From a virus (taxonomy: Duplodnaviria; Caudoviricetes): a stretch of 58,459 nucleotides of DNA. How positions within the stretch are numbered: position 1 is the stretch's first letter; each line of letters opens with the position of its first letter. The notes beneath the pieces were generated by a model that had not been told where the DNA came from, made no database searches, and was given only the letters and a program-made list of their open reading frames with translations. The DNA lies in the IMG/VR virus record IMGVR_UViG_3300030012_001987, positions 1 through 58,459 of that record; one strand, 5' to 3'. Of the stretch, positions 26,611-36,461 are shown piece after piece. The position numbers and the translations under genes were made by a program.

Positions 26611-28562
26611 TGTCCTCTTTTGTGAAAGAACACAAGAAGATTCCATTTCTGGTGAATGGGATAACCAATGAGTTGTACTGGTCTAATGAGAGGACAGAAG
26701 GCAAATACAAGGCTTGGGGTAAGGACTGGAAGGAAAGTGCTGAGTTTCAATGCAAGACATGTGTTGTCTGTGGAGAGACTACATTGCTTGCTGATAAGTG
26801 TTTTACAACTTCAATCACCAAGTACGGAAACAGTCCCACCTTTTTCTTGAAGGGTATGACCTGTTCCGAGAAGTGCAAGAACGAACTAGAGCAGATGACC
26901 AGACGCTTGAAGTGGTCGGAGTTTGATAGGGATAAGTTACTATCATTGATTCGTGACTTTCGTGTGTCCCTCGGTTTGGAAGAAGGAGATACACCTACTA
27001 CATTCAAGCCTTGGGATTTGATTAAGATAACGAAGAAAGGACTCTCAAGAAAAACACGTAGACCAGAGAAGCATCCAATCATTGAGTCAAGTGAATATGC
27101 TCAGAGTCCACAGTGGAAAGCATTCGTGGATTATGTATTCTCACTAACTAGAGATGATAGGATGAACCTATTTGGTGCTAACAACCAAATGTCCACATGT
27201 AGAGCGGCTCAGTTGAACAAGGATAACACATTGAAAAACAGTCGTTTCTTTCTCAGGATAGTATATGCTGTTTCCAAGGAGGAGTTTCTGAATGCCCCGC
27301 TTTGGGCTTTACCAGCAGGTGCTAAGATTGCTTTGACTAGAGAGAAGAACCTTGACATGTACAAGAACTTCAACGTGAAACTACTCTTTGAGAAGATTAA
27401 GACCGAATTGTTTCCCGATGGTATGACACGTGAGGACTACAGACAATTCACAGACTACAAGACATATAGAGACCTGACTCAAAACCAATGGTGGTTTGCC
27501 CCTGTGTTTATGCGAGGCTCTACTGGAACTGAGTCTATTCGTGGAAAGATAGACACGTATTGGGACTTCATTGTAGGATTGCAACGACACGTTAACAGAG
27601 ATGAAAAAGGTAGGTTCCTACCAGCCAAGTTCAGACGATTGGACTATCTCGTTAGCAAGAATGATGGTCACAATAACAGAGGTATGGACTGGTCGAGGGC
27701 AGACATCAGGCGATGGGTGTTTGAGTATGTATTCCCTACACTCGATGTGAAGATAGATACGAAGAACTTCCCTGAGCATTCGACTGAGCAAGAATTGCAA
27801 GACGTAATCAATCTCACAATATTTGACTTGCAACTGGTTCCAGCGTACTACAAGGTAGTTGCGACATTGAAACAAAAACAAGAGCAAAGCGGAAACAGTA
27901 TCAAGAAGATAGTGGAGTATGCTTGGCCTGACTATGAGATGGAGACATCTTCTTGGACTAGAATGCACGCTTCCGAGAAACGTGGCAATCAGATGCTTGA
28001 GAAGGTATTCAGATACCATAACAAGAAGGGTTACGTCTATGGTGACTCAACTGCTATCTTAGTGGGAAAGAACACGAAGGTAAAGTATCCAGAACCCAGT
28101 GATGCATATATCAGGATAGATGGCAGACTAGGAAGAACACTAGCAATAGAGTTCCAAGGTTGCTATCATTATGTGGACAAACATGCCATGCATGAGGGTG
28201 AGGACTATGATGAGACCATGTTCCTACAGGGTGAGATACCCGCTTCGATGTTCGCCTATTGTATGGAGAATGGCATAGATACGCCATTGAAGTACAGGCA
28301 GTATCTAGACAGGCAGTGCAGGATAGCATGTGAGGAGAACGGATACGGTACTCCTATCTACATCATACTGTCCAAACATGCCTATCCAGTCGAAGGGGTT
28401 CATGGCGACATCCGATTATGGAACAGGAGATATGTCGATACTCCGAACTGTAAGTACAGAGACCAGATGGGTCTCGCTGAGACATTCGACCTGCAAGGAA
28501 GGGAAGACATTGGTGATATGATTAGAGAGTATTACCACAACGTAATAGAAGAGGAGGAATGA
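26610..28562 (+). CDS. Large protein with N-terminal Zn finger and C-terminal Vsr/PD-(D/E)XK-like nuclease domain
   Basis: CVVCG...CSEKC; IRIDG...LAIEFQGCYH. Confidence 0.6.
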   Translation: MSSFVKEHKKIPFLVNGITNELYWSNERTEGKYKAWGKDWKESAEFQCKTCVVCGETTLLADKCFTTSITKYGNSPTFFLKGMTCSEKCKNELEQMTRRLKWSEFDRDKLLSLIRDFRVSLGLEEGDTPTTFKPWDLIKITKKGLSRKTRRPEKHPIIESSEYAQSPQWKAFVDYVFSLTRDDRMNLFGANNQMSTCRAAQLNKDNTLKNSRFFLRIVYAVSKEEFLNAPLWALPAGAKIALTREKNLDMYKNFNVKLLFEKIKTELFPDGMTREDYRQFTDYKTYRDLTQNQWWFAPVFMRGSTGTESIRGKIDTYWDFIVGLQRHVNRDEKGRFLPAKFRRLDYLVSKNDGHNNRGMDWSRADIRRWVFEYVFPTLDVKIDTKNFPEHSTEQELQDVINLTIFDLQLVPAYYKVVATLKQKQEQSGNSIKKIVEYAWPDYEMETSSWTRMHASEKRGNQMLEKVFRYHNKKGYVYGDSTAILVGKNTKVKYPEPSDAYIRIDGRLGRTLAIEFQGCYHYVDKHAMHEGEDYDETMFLQGEIPASMFAYCMENGIDTPLKYRQYLDRQCRIACEENGYGTPIYIILSKHAYPVEGVHGDIRLWNRRYVDTPNCKYRDQMGLAETFDLQGREDIGDMIREYYHNVIEEEE

Positions 28563-28801
28563 AAATGAGAAATGAAACAAATGTAGAATTTAGGTTGGTG
28601 AATGATGAGGAGATGCCACCTATCGTGATAACGATGAATGACAACGACAGCCCGAAGGTTGTGTTGAATGCCGACCACAAGATATGGCTTGCGTTACATC
28701 GCAAGACCATAGGTGGTTGTGCAGAGGCTCTGTATGAGAAGATAGACGAGTTGCTCACAGCACACCTACAGGAGCAACGCGCATACGAGAGGATGGATTA
28801 G
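28559..28801 (+). CDS. Hypothetical protein
   Basis: 80 aa, ATGA-coupled. Confidence 0.65.
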   Translation: MKMRNETNVEFRLVNDEEMPPIVITMNDNDSPKVVLNADHKIWLALHRKTIGGCAEALYEKIDELLTAHLQEQRAYERMD

Positions 28802-29947
28802 ATGCAGGATGTGAAGTACAAGAGAGAACTAGGTGATGGTCGCTGGGACAGGAAACTGAAGGAGAACATGGTTGCACTGTCGAAGGCAGACAACTACGAT
28901 GATGCCAAGCGTGAGTGGATTGCCACTGGTGAGGTTTGGTGGAGAGGTCTCAGAGTACCACAACCTAGTTGGGTTACCAACGAAGGCTATTGCCTGTGCG
29001 GTCACCATATCGTGTATCACTATGAGATACACAACACGGAGACAAACACAAGGATGGCAGTTGGCTCTGACCACATCAACTCGTATCTAATCATGCGAGC
29101 AATCCGTGAGGAGACTGGTCTGAAAGATGGCGAGATTACTGACTCCATGATTGATGAGTGGGTTACAGTGAGAGTCGATGCTCTCATCAAGACTGCTTGG
29201 TGGAACAACCATGGTGATGACTTCACTGAGATGTTCGATGACATCAAGGAACTCGACTTGAGGTTGAATGTCAGGCAGACTGGCAAGAGAATCTACAACC
29301 ATGAGTTGCAGTACTACGAGGACATCACTGCCATTCGCAAGGTATCGAGTGGCAAGTTCGGTGACCCCGACTACGAGATGTCATCCATCGTATGGAGATG
29401 GAATCATCCTGACAACCCGAAGGCACAGATACACACAAGGGGATATCCCAATGACAAACTGTGGAAGGACTTGACTATGTTTTGGGCCTTCATCGAGCAA
29501 CACAAGGAGAAGGTATCTCAGTTGGATGAGAAGGTCGCACTGAGGATTGAGGAGTTGAAGAACCACAAGGAGGAAGTTCTCGCACGTAGGGAGAGGAGAC
29601 TTGAGCAACTTGCCATTGCTGAATCCGCAAGGAAGCAGAAGGAGCAAGAGAGGTTTGAGGTATCCTGTGATTACTACGGTTGGAGAGCATTCGATGAGAC
29701 TGATGGAATCAACGATTGGGAAAGGAGATTCTTAACCGACATGAGAAACAGAATCCTGCAAAACTATGAGCCTACCGAGAGTCAGGCTGAACAACTAAAT
29801 AGGATAATAAATCGCAACGATAAGCCAGCAAGCGAGAAACAACTGGCGTATGTTGTAGCGTTAGGGTACGGAGAAGACACATCAGAAATGACGAGTAGGC
29901 AAGTATCCATAATAATAGACAAACTGAAAGGTGAAAAAAATGAGTGA
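28802..29947 (+). CDS. Hypothetical protein with Zn-ribbon-like CLCGH...VGSDH motif
   Basis: 381 aa; C-terminal ASEKQL motif. Confidence 0.7.
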   Translation: MQDVKYKRELGDGRWDRKLKENMVALSKADNYDDAKREWIATGEVWWRGLRVPQPSWVTNEGYCLCGHHIVYHYEIHNTETNTRMAVGSDHINSYLIMRAIREETGLKDGEITDSMIDEWVTVRVDALIKTAWWNNHGDDFTEMFDDIKELDLRLNVRQTGKRIYNHELQYYEDITAIRKVSSGKFGDPDYEMSSIVWRWNHPDNPKAQIHTRGYPNDKLWKDLTMFWAFIEQHKEKVSQLDEKVALRIEELKNHKEEVLARRERRLEQLAIAESARKQKEQERFEVSCDYYGWRAFDETDGINDWERRFLTDMRNRILQNYEPTESQAEQLNRIINRNDKPASEKQLAYVVALGYGEDTSEMTSRQVSIIIDKLKGEKNE

Positions 29948-30197
29948 TAAGAAAACAACGAAGAAAGCAACAACGAAGAAAGATGAGGAGGAGGCGCAGG
30001 AAGCCTTGGCTCAATTGCAACAGAACGCAATGAACCTACAGGGGACTGCACAGAACCTCGCCAATCAACTGTCTCAGTACATGCAACTATGCAAGCACTA
30101 CGAGCAGACGATTAACATCCTCACAGGTAGGCTCCAAGAACAGCAGAGGTTGGTGGAGCAACTACAGCAACAGCAGAACGTACCGGAGTCTTCATAG
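29940..30197 (+). CDS. Gln-rich coiled-coil protein
   Basis: AGGTGA SD; heptad-like Q/L pattern. Confidence 0.6.
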   Translation: MSDKKTTKKATTKKDEEEAQEALAQLQQNAMNLQGTAQNLANQLSQYMQLCKHYEQTINILTGRLQEQQRLVEQLQQQQNVPESS

Positions 30198-30232
30198 ACT
30201 CTGACTTAGTGGAACGAATAGGAGATAATAAT

Positions 30233-30439
30233 ATGAAATTGAGAATAATGAATGACACAGGACACACTGTACTAGATGACGTAACTGTTTCGGATGTCAT
30301 CGACCAAATCAACGACCATCCCACACACTGGGTTTTCGTTGAGGGCGAGATGGTATCGAGACAGGAAATCCCGAACATCAGTTGGGATGAGGTTGATACT
30401 GTCAACCTAATTCCGGCCATGGTCGGAGGCTCACTCTGA
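30233..30439 (+). CDS. Ubiquitin-like (ThiS/MoaD/SAMP-type beta-grasp) protein with GG-SL C-terminus
   Basis: 68 aa; VFVEG...V...DTVNLIPAMVGG matches the beta-grasp C-terminus; GGAG SD. Confidence 0.75.
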   Translation: MKLRIMNDTGHTVLDDVTVSDVIDQINDHPTHWVFVEGEMVSRQEIPNISWDEVDTVNLIPAMVGGSL

Positions 30440-30596
30440 GCCTAACTCGTTCTTACTGAGCAATGCTTAAGTGCAACTCTGCATAATTTGCCTAAGCATT
30501 ATAGGTCTGCTGAGTAACGCAAAAAACCCCAGCAACGGGGAAGATAGTTGTCAATCGGGTGAGAAGCCCGATAACCAAATTTTCGGAGAGAGAAGA

Positions 30597-32465
30597 ATGG
30601 AATTACAACAAGAAATATTGTCAGAAATAACAACGAACATGAAGTATGCAAAGTACTTGCCTCTTGAATTCAGGAGGGAATCTTGGAAAGAGATTGTAGA
30701 AAGGAACAAGGAAATGCACAAGAAGAAATTCGCACACATTCAGGGGTTTGACGAGAAGATAGATTATGTCTATGACAACTTCGTTCTAACCAAGAAAGTG
30801 CTACCATCCATGCGCTCCATGCAATTTGCAGGGAAGCCGATTGACTTGTCTCCGAATAGAATATACAACTGTGCTTACATGGCTATCGATTCTACGATAG
30901 CATTCTCGGAAGCCATGTTCCTGTTGCTGGGCGGCACAGGAGTTGGATACTCTGTTCAGAGACACCACGTATCAAAATTGGATACAATACAGAAGCCTAA
31001 TCCTGAGAGGACATACAGGCATCTAGTTGCGGATTCGATAGAAGGATGGGCTGATGCAGTCAAGGTATTATTTGACGCATACACAGGAGACAGGAGAACA
31101 ACACCAAGGTTCGACTACTCCGACGTAAGACCGAAGGGTAGTCAATTGAAGACTAGTGGTGGTAAAGCACCCGGCCCTGCTCCATTGAAGAAGTGCATAG
31201 TTACCATAGAGAACATGCTACTTAACATGGAAGATGGTCATCAAATTACACCAATCGAAGCACATGACATGATGTGCCACATCGCAGATGCAGTTCTTGC
31301 TGGTGGTATCAGAAGAGCCGCAATGATTAGTCTGTTCAATGCAGACGACAACGAGATGATTAACTCAAAGAATGGTCACTATTGGGAGACCAATCCACAG
31401 AGAGCGAGAGCGAACAACTCAGCAGTTCTCATCAGAGAGAAGTGCGAGAAGGAGTTCTTCGATGACTTGTGGAATAGAACCAGAGCCAATAAGACTGGTG
31501 AGCCGGGTATATTCTTCTCCAATGACAAGGATTGGGGAACAAATCCCTGTGCAGAAATTTCGCTGAAAAATCATCAGTTCTGCAATCTCTGCGAAATCAA
31601 TGTATCCACTGTCAGTAGTCAGAAGGATTTGGAAGAAAGAGTAGAAGCCGCAACCATCATAGGAACGATGCAAGCGTGTTACACTGACTTCCATTATCTA
31701 CGACAGTCTTGGAAGAATACAACAGAGAAGGAAGCACTCGTCGGTATATCAATGACTGGCATCGCAAGTAATGCCCTCAAGGACTTGAATCTTGAGAGAG
31801 CATCAGATTGCGCAGTCATCGTCAACAAGACATATGCCGACATGTTAGGAATCAACTCAGCCGCAAGAGTGACCTGTGTGAAACCTGCTGGTACTACCAG
31901 TCTGGTACTCGGCACTTCCTCTGGAATACATGCTTGGTACTCCGAGTATTACATACGAAGAATCAGAGTGATGAAGAACGAGGCAATGTATCTGTATCTG
32001 AATGAGATGCTACCTGAGTTGGTAGAGGATGATGAGTGGGATGACAACCAAGCAATACTTGCTATCCCACAGAAAGCACCGAAGGGTGACATCATCACAA
32101 GAGAGGAGTCTGCTCTATCCATGTTGGAGAGATTGAAGAAGTATTCAATCGAGTGGGTGAGAAGGGGACATATCAGTGGGGTCAACTCACACAATGTCTC
32201 CGCCACTGTTAACGTCAGAGATGACGAATGGGAGACAGTGAAGGAATGGATGTGGGACAACAGAGAATACTACAACGGTATCTCTGTCCTGCCATTCGAC
32301 AACGGTGTGTACACACAAGCACCGTTTGAGGCTATTGAGAAAGAACAATACGAGGATATGTTCGCCAAATTACAATCAATTGACCTAACACAGGTCAAGG
32401 AATACAATGATAATACCAATCTGCAAGGCGAAGTTGCTTGTGCAGGTGGTGCATGTGAAATATAA
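30597..32465 (+). CDS. nrdJ: Class II (adenosylcobalamin-dependent) ribonucleotide reductase
   Basis: YNCA, TNPCAEI, TCVKPAGT, C-terminal ACAGGACEI; no small subunit gene seen. Confidence 0.9.
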   Translation: MELQQEILSEITTNMKYAKYLPLEFRRESWKEIVERNKEMHKKKFAHIQGFDEKIDYVYDNFVLTKKVLPSMRSMQFAGKPIDLSPNRIYNCAYMAIDSTIAFSEAMFLLLGGTGVGYSVQRHHVSKLDTIQKPNPERTYRHLVADSIEGWADAVKVLFDAYTGDRRTTPRFDYSDVRPKGSQLKTSGGKAPGPAPLKKCIVTIENMLLNMEDGHQITPIEAHDMMCHIADAVLAGGIRRAAMISLFNADDNEMINSKNGHYWETNPQRARANNSAVLIREKCEKEFFDDLWNRTRANKTGEPGIFFSNDKDWGTNPCAEISLKNHQFCNLCEINVSTVSSQKDLEERVEAATIIGTMQACYTDFHYLRQSWKNTTEKEALVGISMTGIASNALKDLNLERASDCAVIVNKTYADMLGINSAARVTCVKPAGTTSLVLGTSSGIHAWYSEYYIRRIRVMKNEAMYLYLNEMLPELVEDDEWDDNQAILAIPQKAPKGDIITREESALSMLERLKKYSIEWVRRGHISGVNSHNVSATVNVRDDEWETVKEWMWDNREYYNGISVLPFDNGVYTQAPFEAIEKEQYEDMFAKLQSIDLTQVKEYNDNTNLQGEVACAGGACEI

Positions 32466-32748
32466 CGAAAAGGCGTGGTTATCAATAGAAGACGAAATCG
32501 TAGATTCAATGGTAAATGCGGGTGCAAAGGACAGCATCCGCACTTGGTATTGGAGATACAGAGAAGAACACATTCAACTCGCTGAGTTGAGACATGGGAT
32601 ATTGAGACTGATAAAGCAAGGGTATTCGGCTTTGAAGGACATGGATGACATACAAAACCTGTATGACAGAAAGGAATACTATAGAATAAACAAACAAGAA
32701 TATGGTGATTACTATGAAAATGAAATTTACAATACCGAGAACAGGTGA
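32455..32748 (+). CDS. Hypothetical protein
   Basis: ORF track 32407..32748; GTG 32455 after AGGTGG. Confidence 0.5.
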   Translation: MKYNEKAWLSIEDEIVDSMVNAGAKDSIRTWYWRYREEHIQLAELRHGILRLIKQGYSALKDMDDIQNLYDRKEYYRINKQEYGDYYENEIYNTENR

Positions 32749-33961
32749 TGGTAGACAGGAAGACACGACATCGTTCCTGATGCGTGTCAATGGTGTTAAA
32801 TGGAAACCCGGCATGAGTCCGAACAACTTTGGTGAGAGAACTCTGAGAGTTCCCCAATTGGATATAAGCAGTAGGTTCTCCAAGACCCTAGACCCCATGA
32901 CAGAGAACATCGCTTACACAATCAGGCAATGCTTGATTCCAAACACACACAGAAGAAGAAGCAGGTACTACTCTTACGACAATAGTGATTGGGACAAGTG
33001 GACTGCAATTATGACCTTCAAGAGAGATGATGGGGATGCCATGATATGGATACAGAAGAACAACACTGTGTATACCATGAACAGTCAGAGAATGTCATTG
33101 CACGACATATCACTAGCCTTGGCTAAGATAATCTTTAGGAGTGTGGTGGATAGAAGCGCAGTCAGTCTCGATGAGTACATAGACAGAGTGATTGAAACAC
33201 CACCACATGTGATGTATGCTCTAGAGAACAGAACGCCATACGTGTTTTGGGATGACGGTACGAAATGTGAAGTCAGAATCAACACGAAGTTGGTAGGCAA
33301 GAAGGATGTTGCACTTGAGATATCCGAAGGAGTATGGGGTTCGATGTCCGTATCAGAACTGAATACATTCGTGAACACGTTCGGAATGAACTCAAGCCGC
33401 TCCAAGAAGTGGTATCGAATATCACCCAAAAGACTCTGGACAGCACTCATGGGTGAAGAGCCATCAGAGAGTCAGAAGAAACTGATGATTGCATGGTTGC
33501 TACAGAATCGTACTCAGAAGATGGTCGAGGAGAGAGCATACGAGTTGGTCTACGAACTGGCCGATGAGTTTGAGAATATCCAAGTGGTGATACATGAGGG
33601 ATACATGGCTCTGTTCGTCAGGGGTATCCATGCTGATTGGATGATTGCTGATGCCAACAAAGGTTGGAAGAAAGGTCATCAGAATGTCAACACCTTCTAT
33701 TGGGATGGTCGCAAATGGGCAGGGCCGGTTTGCATTGACAACCTACATCACAACTCTAGCATTGGTGACCAACTCTCATCAAGAGCAATGATGCTGATGA
33801 ACGACAAAGGTGCTGGTGAGATGATATACACACTCAGGGGACTACAACCAATGGTGGACGAGTGGTATGGTAAGCATCGATACGATAGAGTCCTGATTCC
33901 CTATGACAAGAGGAAGGATTACAGATTCAAGCAGATACAACATGGAGCGTTGAACAAATGA
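32714..33961 (+). CDS. Hypothetical protein, possible divergent E2-like C-terminal domain
   Basis: About 415 aa; HQNV...GPVCIDNL resembles UBC HPN...G.IC.DIL; E2 call is weak. Confidence 0.6.
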   Translation: MKMKFTIPRTGDGRQEDTTSFLMRVNGVKWKPGMSPNNFGERTLRVPQLDISSRFSKTLDPMTENIAYTIRQCLIPNTHRRRSRYYSYDNSDWDKWTAIMTFKRDDGDAMIWIQKNNTVYTMNSQRMSLHDISLALAKIIFRSVVDRSAVSLDEYIDRVIETPPHVMYALENRTPYVFWDDGTKCEVRINTKLVGKKDVALEISEGVWGSMSVSELNTFVNTFGMNSSRSKKWYRISPKRLWTALMGEEPSESQKKLMIAWLLQNRTQKMVEERAYELVYELADEFENIQVVIHEGYMALFVRGIHADWMIADANKGWKKGHQNVNTFYWDGRKWAGPVCIDNLHHNSSIGDQLSSRAMMLMNDKGAGEMIYTLRGLQPMVDEWYGKHRYDRVLIPYDKRKDYRFKQIQHGALNK

Positions 33962-34869
33962 ATCCTGTGACGATTGGTGAGTCATGCAAGGAATGTGGTA
34001 GCAAGGACTTCACCTACATCGAGAGATTGGGTGAGAAGACCTGTGACGAATGTGGGCTTGTGCTTGTAGTCAATCCATTTGAGGAAACGACGCATATGAT
34101 TGCGATAAACGACGATGACAAAAGAGGCAGGTCAACTGACCGCTTGGGTTCCATCATCAGGAAATCAGACGCATATGGTAACAAGGACAAGTTCGCTCTC
34201 TATAGGGAACAAGTCAGGAGTCAACCTGAATCTGAGACAGATAGAACGGCGAGACTGCTCATCAACAGCACACTCTCGTACTACAACGTGTCAAGGGACT
34301 TGAAGAAGAGAGCAGAGAAATACTATGAGATGATGAAACGAGATTTGTTTCGTGGTTTGGATGTAGAGAGGAGATGCGCCTCTCTCACATTCTATGTTCT
34401 CAAGGAAGCAGACATCGTATGTAACATACAGGAGCATTCTAGGAGAACGCTAGTGAGACAGAATGACATCTCAAGGTTCGCTAGGAAAATCGCTAGGCAT
34501 CAGAGGAACTCTACTGTGTTCATAACAAGGAACCATGAGCAGAGAGCGCAAACTCTGATGTCAAGAATGGATGTGGACATAGATGACTATTTCAGAGCGA
34601 ATGCATTGAGAGTTGTCGAGTATGTCTCAAGGCATGTAGAGTCATTGGATATGAGATTCGCTGACACCATGTTAGCGGCTTGCATTTGGATGACAGGTCA
34701 GATGATGAGTAGACATGATATAACACAGTCTGCCATATGCAAGCACTGGAACTCTTCGCACGTTGGTTTGAGGGGAGCAATGGTGACATTGTGCGATATA
34801 TTCCAAGTAGATAGGAAGACATTATTTGGTATGCAAGTCGAGGACTTCGTATCAGGTGTGCGCTATTGA
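33958..34869 (+). CDS. tfb: Transcription initiation factor IIB (TFB)-like protein
   Basis: N-terminal CKECG...CDECGLV Zn ribbon followed by two cyclin-like repeats. Confidence 0.85.
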   Translation: MNPVTIGESCKECGSKDFTYIERLGEKTCDECGLVLVVNPFEETTHMIAINDDDKRGRSTDRLGSIIRKSDAYGNKDKFALYREQVRSQPESETDRTARLLINSTLSYYNVSRDLKKRAEKYYEMMKRDLFRGLDVERRCASLTFYVLKEADIVCNIQEHSRRTLVRQNDISRFARKIARHQRNSTVFITRNHEQRAQTLMSRMDVDIDDYFRANALRVVEYVSRHVESLDMRFADTMLAACIWMTGQMMSRHDITQSAICKHWNSSHVGLRGAMVTLCDIFQVDRKTLFGMQVEDFVSGVRY

Positions 34870-34976
34870 AAGGAGAGGAGTATTGCAAGTGTGGTAGGAA
34901 GAAGTATCGTCGTTCCTACACTGTATGCGATAGATGCTACTTGAGACAAAAGAGAGCAGAAAGACGGAGAACTTGA
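34866..34976 (+). CDS. 36-aa Zn-finger peptide
   Basis: Manual translation MKGEEYCKCGRKKYRRSYTVCDRCY...; TTG overlapping the TFB stop. Confidence 0.4.
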   Translation: MKGEEYCKCGRKKYRRSYTVCDRCYLRQKRAERRRT

Positions 34977-35062
34977 AATGGGACTGGTCAAGGAGTTGTA
35001 TTTTGAGATGAAGGAAAGAGGATTGACCTTGACATTAAAACAATATATGGAGATGAAAAACA

Positions 35063-35662
35063 ATGAGAAAGATAATGATAATAGGAGCAGGTGGAATAGG
35101 TAGTTACCTCATTCACAACCTGAATAGAATAAACCAGAGATGCAGGACTGATAAGCCCGGTATACATCTATACGACATCACGGTGTTCGATGATGACACG
35201 GTTGAGAAGAGCAATCTTGGAAACCAGATGTACAGCGAACATGATGTTGGTCAGTTGAAGGTAGACACATGGTCTGCTAGTTGTAATGCACAGCCATATC
35301 AAGTCCTGCTTGACAAGCAACTAAAGGGATATGATTTGGTGGTTTGCTGTGCAGACAACCTTGCAGTACGTCGTCTTCTATACCGACAGGGGTATGGAGA
35401 CTCTGCTAAGATTAAGTGGCTAGATTTACGCGCACAGGGTAGGAATGCGGCACTTATCTCATACAAGGTGGATGAGAACTTGGTGGATGCTCTGCTGAGT
35501 GGGCCGGATGGTTCCTTCTCCTGTCAGGCAGAGGGTTGGGATGGTCTTGCATCCGAGATGAACGCGATGCACATGGCTATCGCTGGTATTGCGGCACAGT
35601 GGATTCAGAGATGGTGGAACGACCATGATGATGTGGCTGACAAGATAATTATGAATGTGTGA
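35063..35662 (+). CDS. ThiF/MoeB/E1-family activating enzyme
   Basis: GAGGIGS, DDDTVEKSNLGNQ, VGQLKV, CADNLAVRR, WLDLR; Cys in FSCQ. Confidence 0.88.
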   Translation: MRKIMIIGAGGIGSYLIHNLNRINQRCRTDKPGIHLYDITVFDDDTVEKSNLGNQMYSEHDVGQLKVDTWSASCNAQPYQVLLDKQLKGYDLVVCCADNLAVRRLLYRQGYGDSAKIKWLDLRAQGRNAALISYKVDENLVDALLSGPDGSFSCQAEGWDGLASEMNAMHMAIAGIAAQWIQRWWNDHDDVADKIIMNV

Positions 35663-36221
35663 TAGTATGCCTATAGGAGTAACGAAATTCAACCACAAGA
35701 AACTGAAAGAGGTTCTCTCTGAGTTCTTTGATAATATGAATGTCGGTGACATGTGTACGATGAATGAGATATTGGAATACCTAGCGACTGTACCGTTGGG
35801 TAGGATGAAAGACGTACATCCAAGAGCGGCGATATCAAACCGCAAAGTGGGCATAAAGCAACTGTATACGTCTAGAGATTACTTCGCTATGGCATGTAGA
35901 CAGTTACCAAACGTCGTAAGAGGAAGTCTCTACTCGCGTGGTAGCAAGTACATGATTCCACTGGTGTTGTTCGTCAAGACGAATGAGAACAGGGATACAG
36001 TCTGCTTCAACTGCGATGAGTACATCGTTGGTGGTGCTAAGGACTACGTTGCCACACACCCAAAGGGGAAGATGCCTGTGATTGCTAGGCACATCATGTG
36101 CAGGGAATGCTACATACATGAGGTGAAGATGTTCAATCCGTATGATACCGGGTATTTTCAACACTATGATGAACAATATGAGAACTGGGAAAAGAAAAGA
36201 GAATGGAGTGAGGAAGAATGA
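35655..36221 (+). CDS. Hypothetical protein with C-terminal CxxC...HxxCxxC Zn finger
   Basis: CFNC...HIMCREC. Confidence 0.65.
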   Translation: MCDSMPIGVTKFNHKKLKEVLSEFFDNMNVGDMCTMNEILEYLATVPLGRMKDVHPRAAISNRKVGIKQLYTSRDYFAMACRQLPNVVRGSLYSRGSKYMIPLVLFVKTNENRDTVCFNCDEYIVGGAKDYVATHPKGKMPVIARHIMCRECYIHEVKMFNPYDTGYFQHYDEQYENWEKKREWSEEE

Positions 36222-36460
36222 GTAAAGAAGATAGTAACATAGATGATTTAACAGAGGAAGATTTGGATAAAATAATGACTATAATATCCACGGATGGGTA
36301 TTATCTGCAAGCAGAGATAGTGAAGGTGACATGTCCTGTTTGCGGAGAGGAGTTCTTGGGAACGAAGAGACATGCTGGTGGTTTCATAGTGGGACACCAA
36401 GCATACCATGAGTTCCAGAACAATCAAGACGCACTAATGGTGCAAATGGGAGGACAATAA
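36218..36460 (+). CDS. Small C2H2-type Zn-finger protein
   Basis: CPVCGEEF...HQAYH. Confidence 0.65.
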   Translation: MSKEDSNIDDLTEEDLDKIMTIISTDGYYLQAEIVKVTCPVCGEEFLGTKRHAGGFIVGHQAYHEFQNNQDALMVQMGGQ

Positions 36461-36461
36461 A

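Noticed and set aside
30471-30596. N-terminal extension of RNR in the ORF track
   Set aside because: ATG 30597 has a purine-rich SD and the extension overlaps hairpins; treated as leader
30670-30705. SWKEIVER in RNR as another copy of the WxxILK tag
   Set aside because: Matches the conserved RNR E[ST]W.E...R motif; shows that single loose matches can arise by chance
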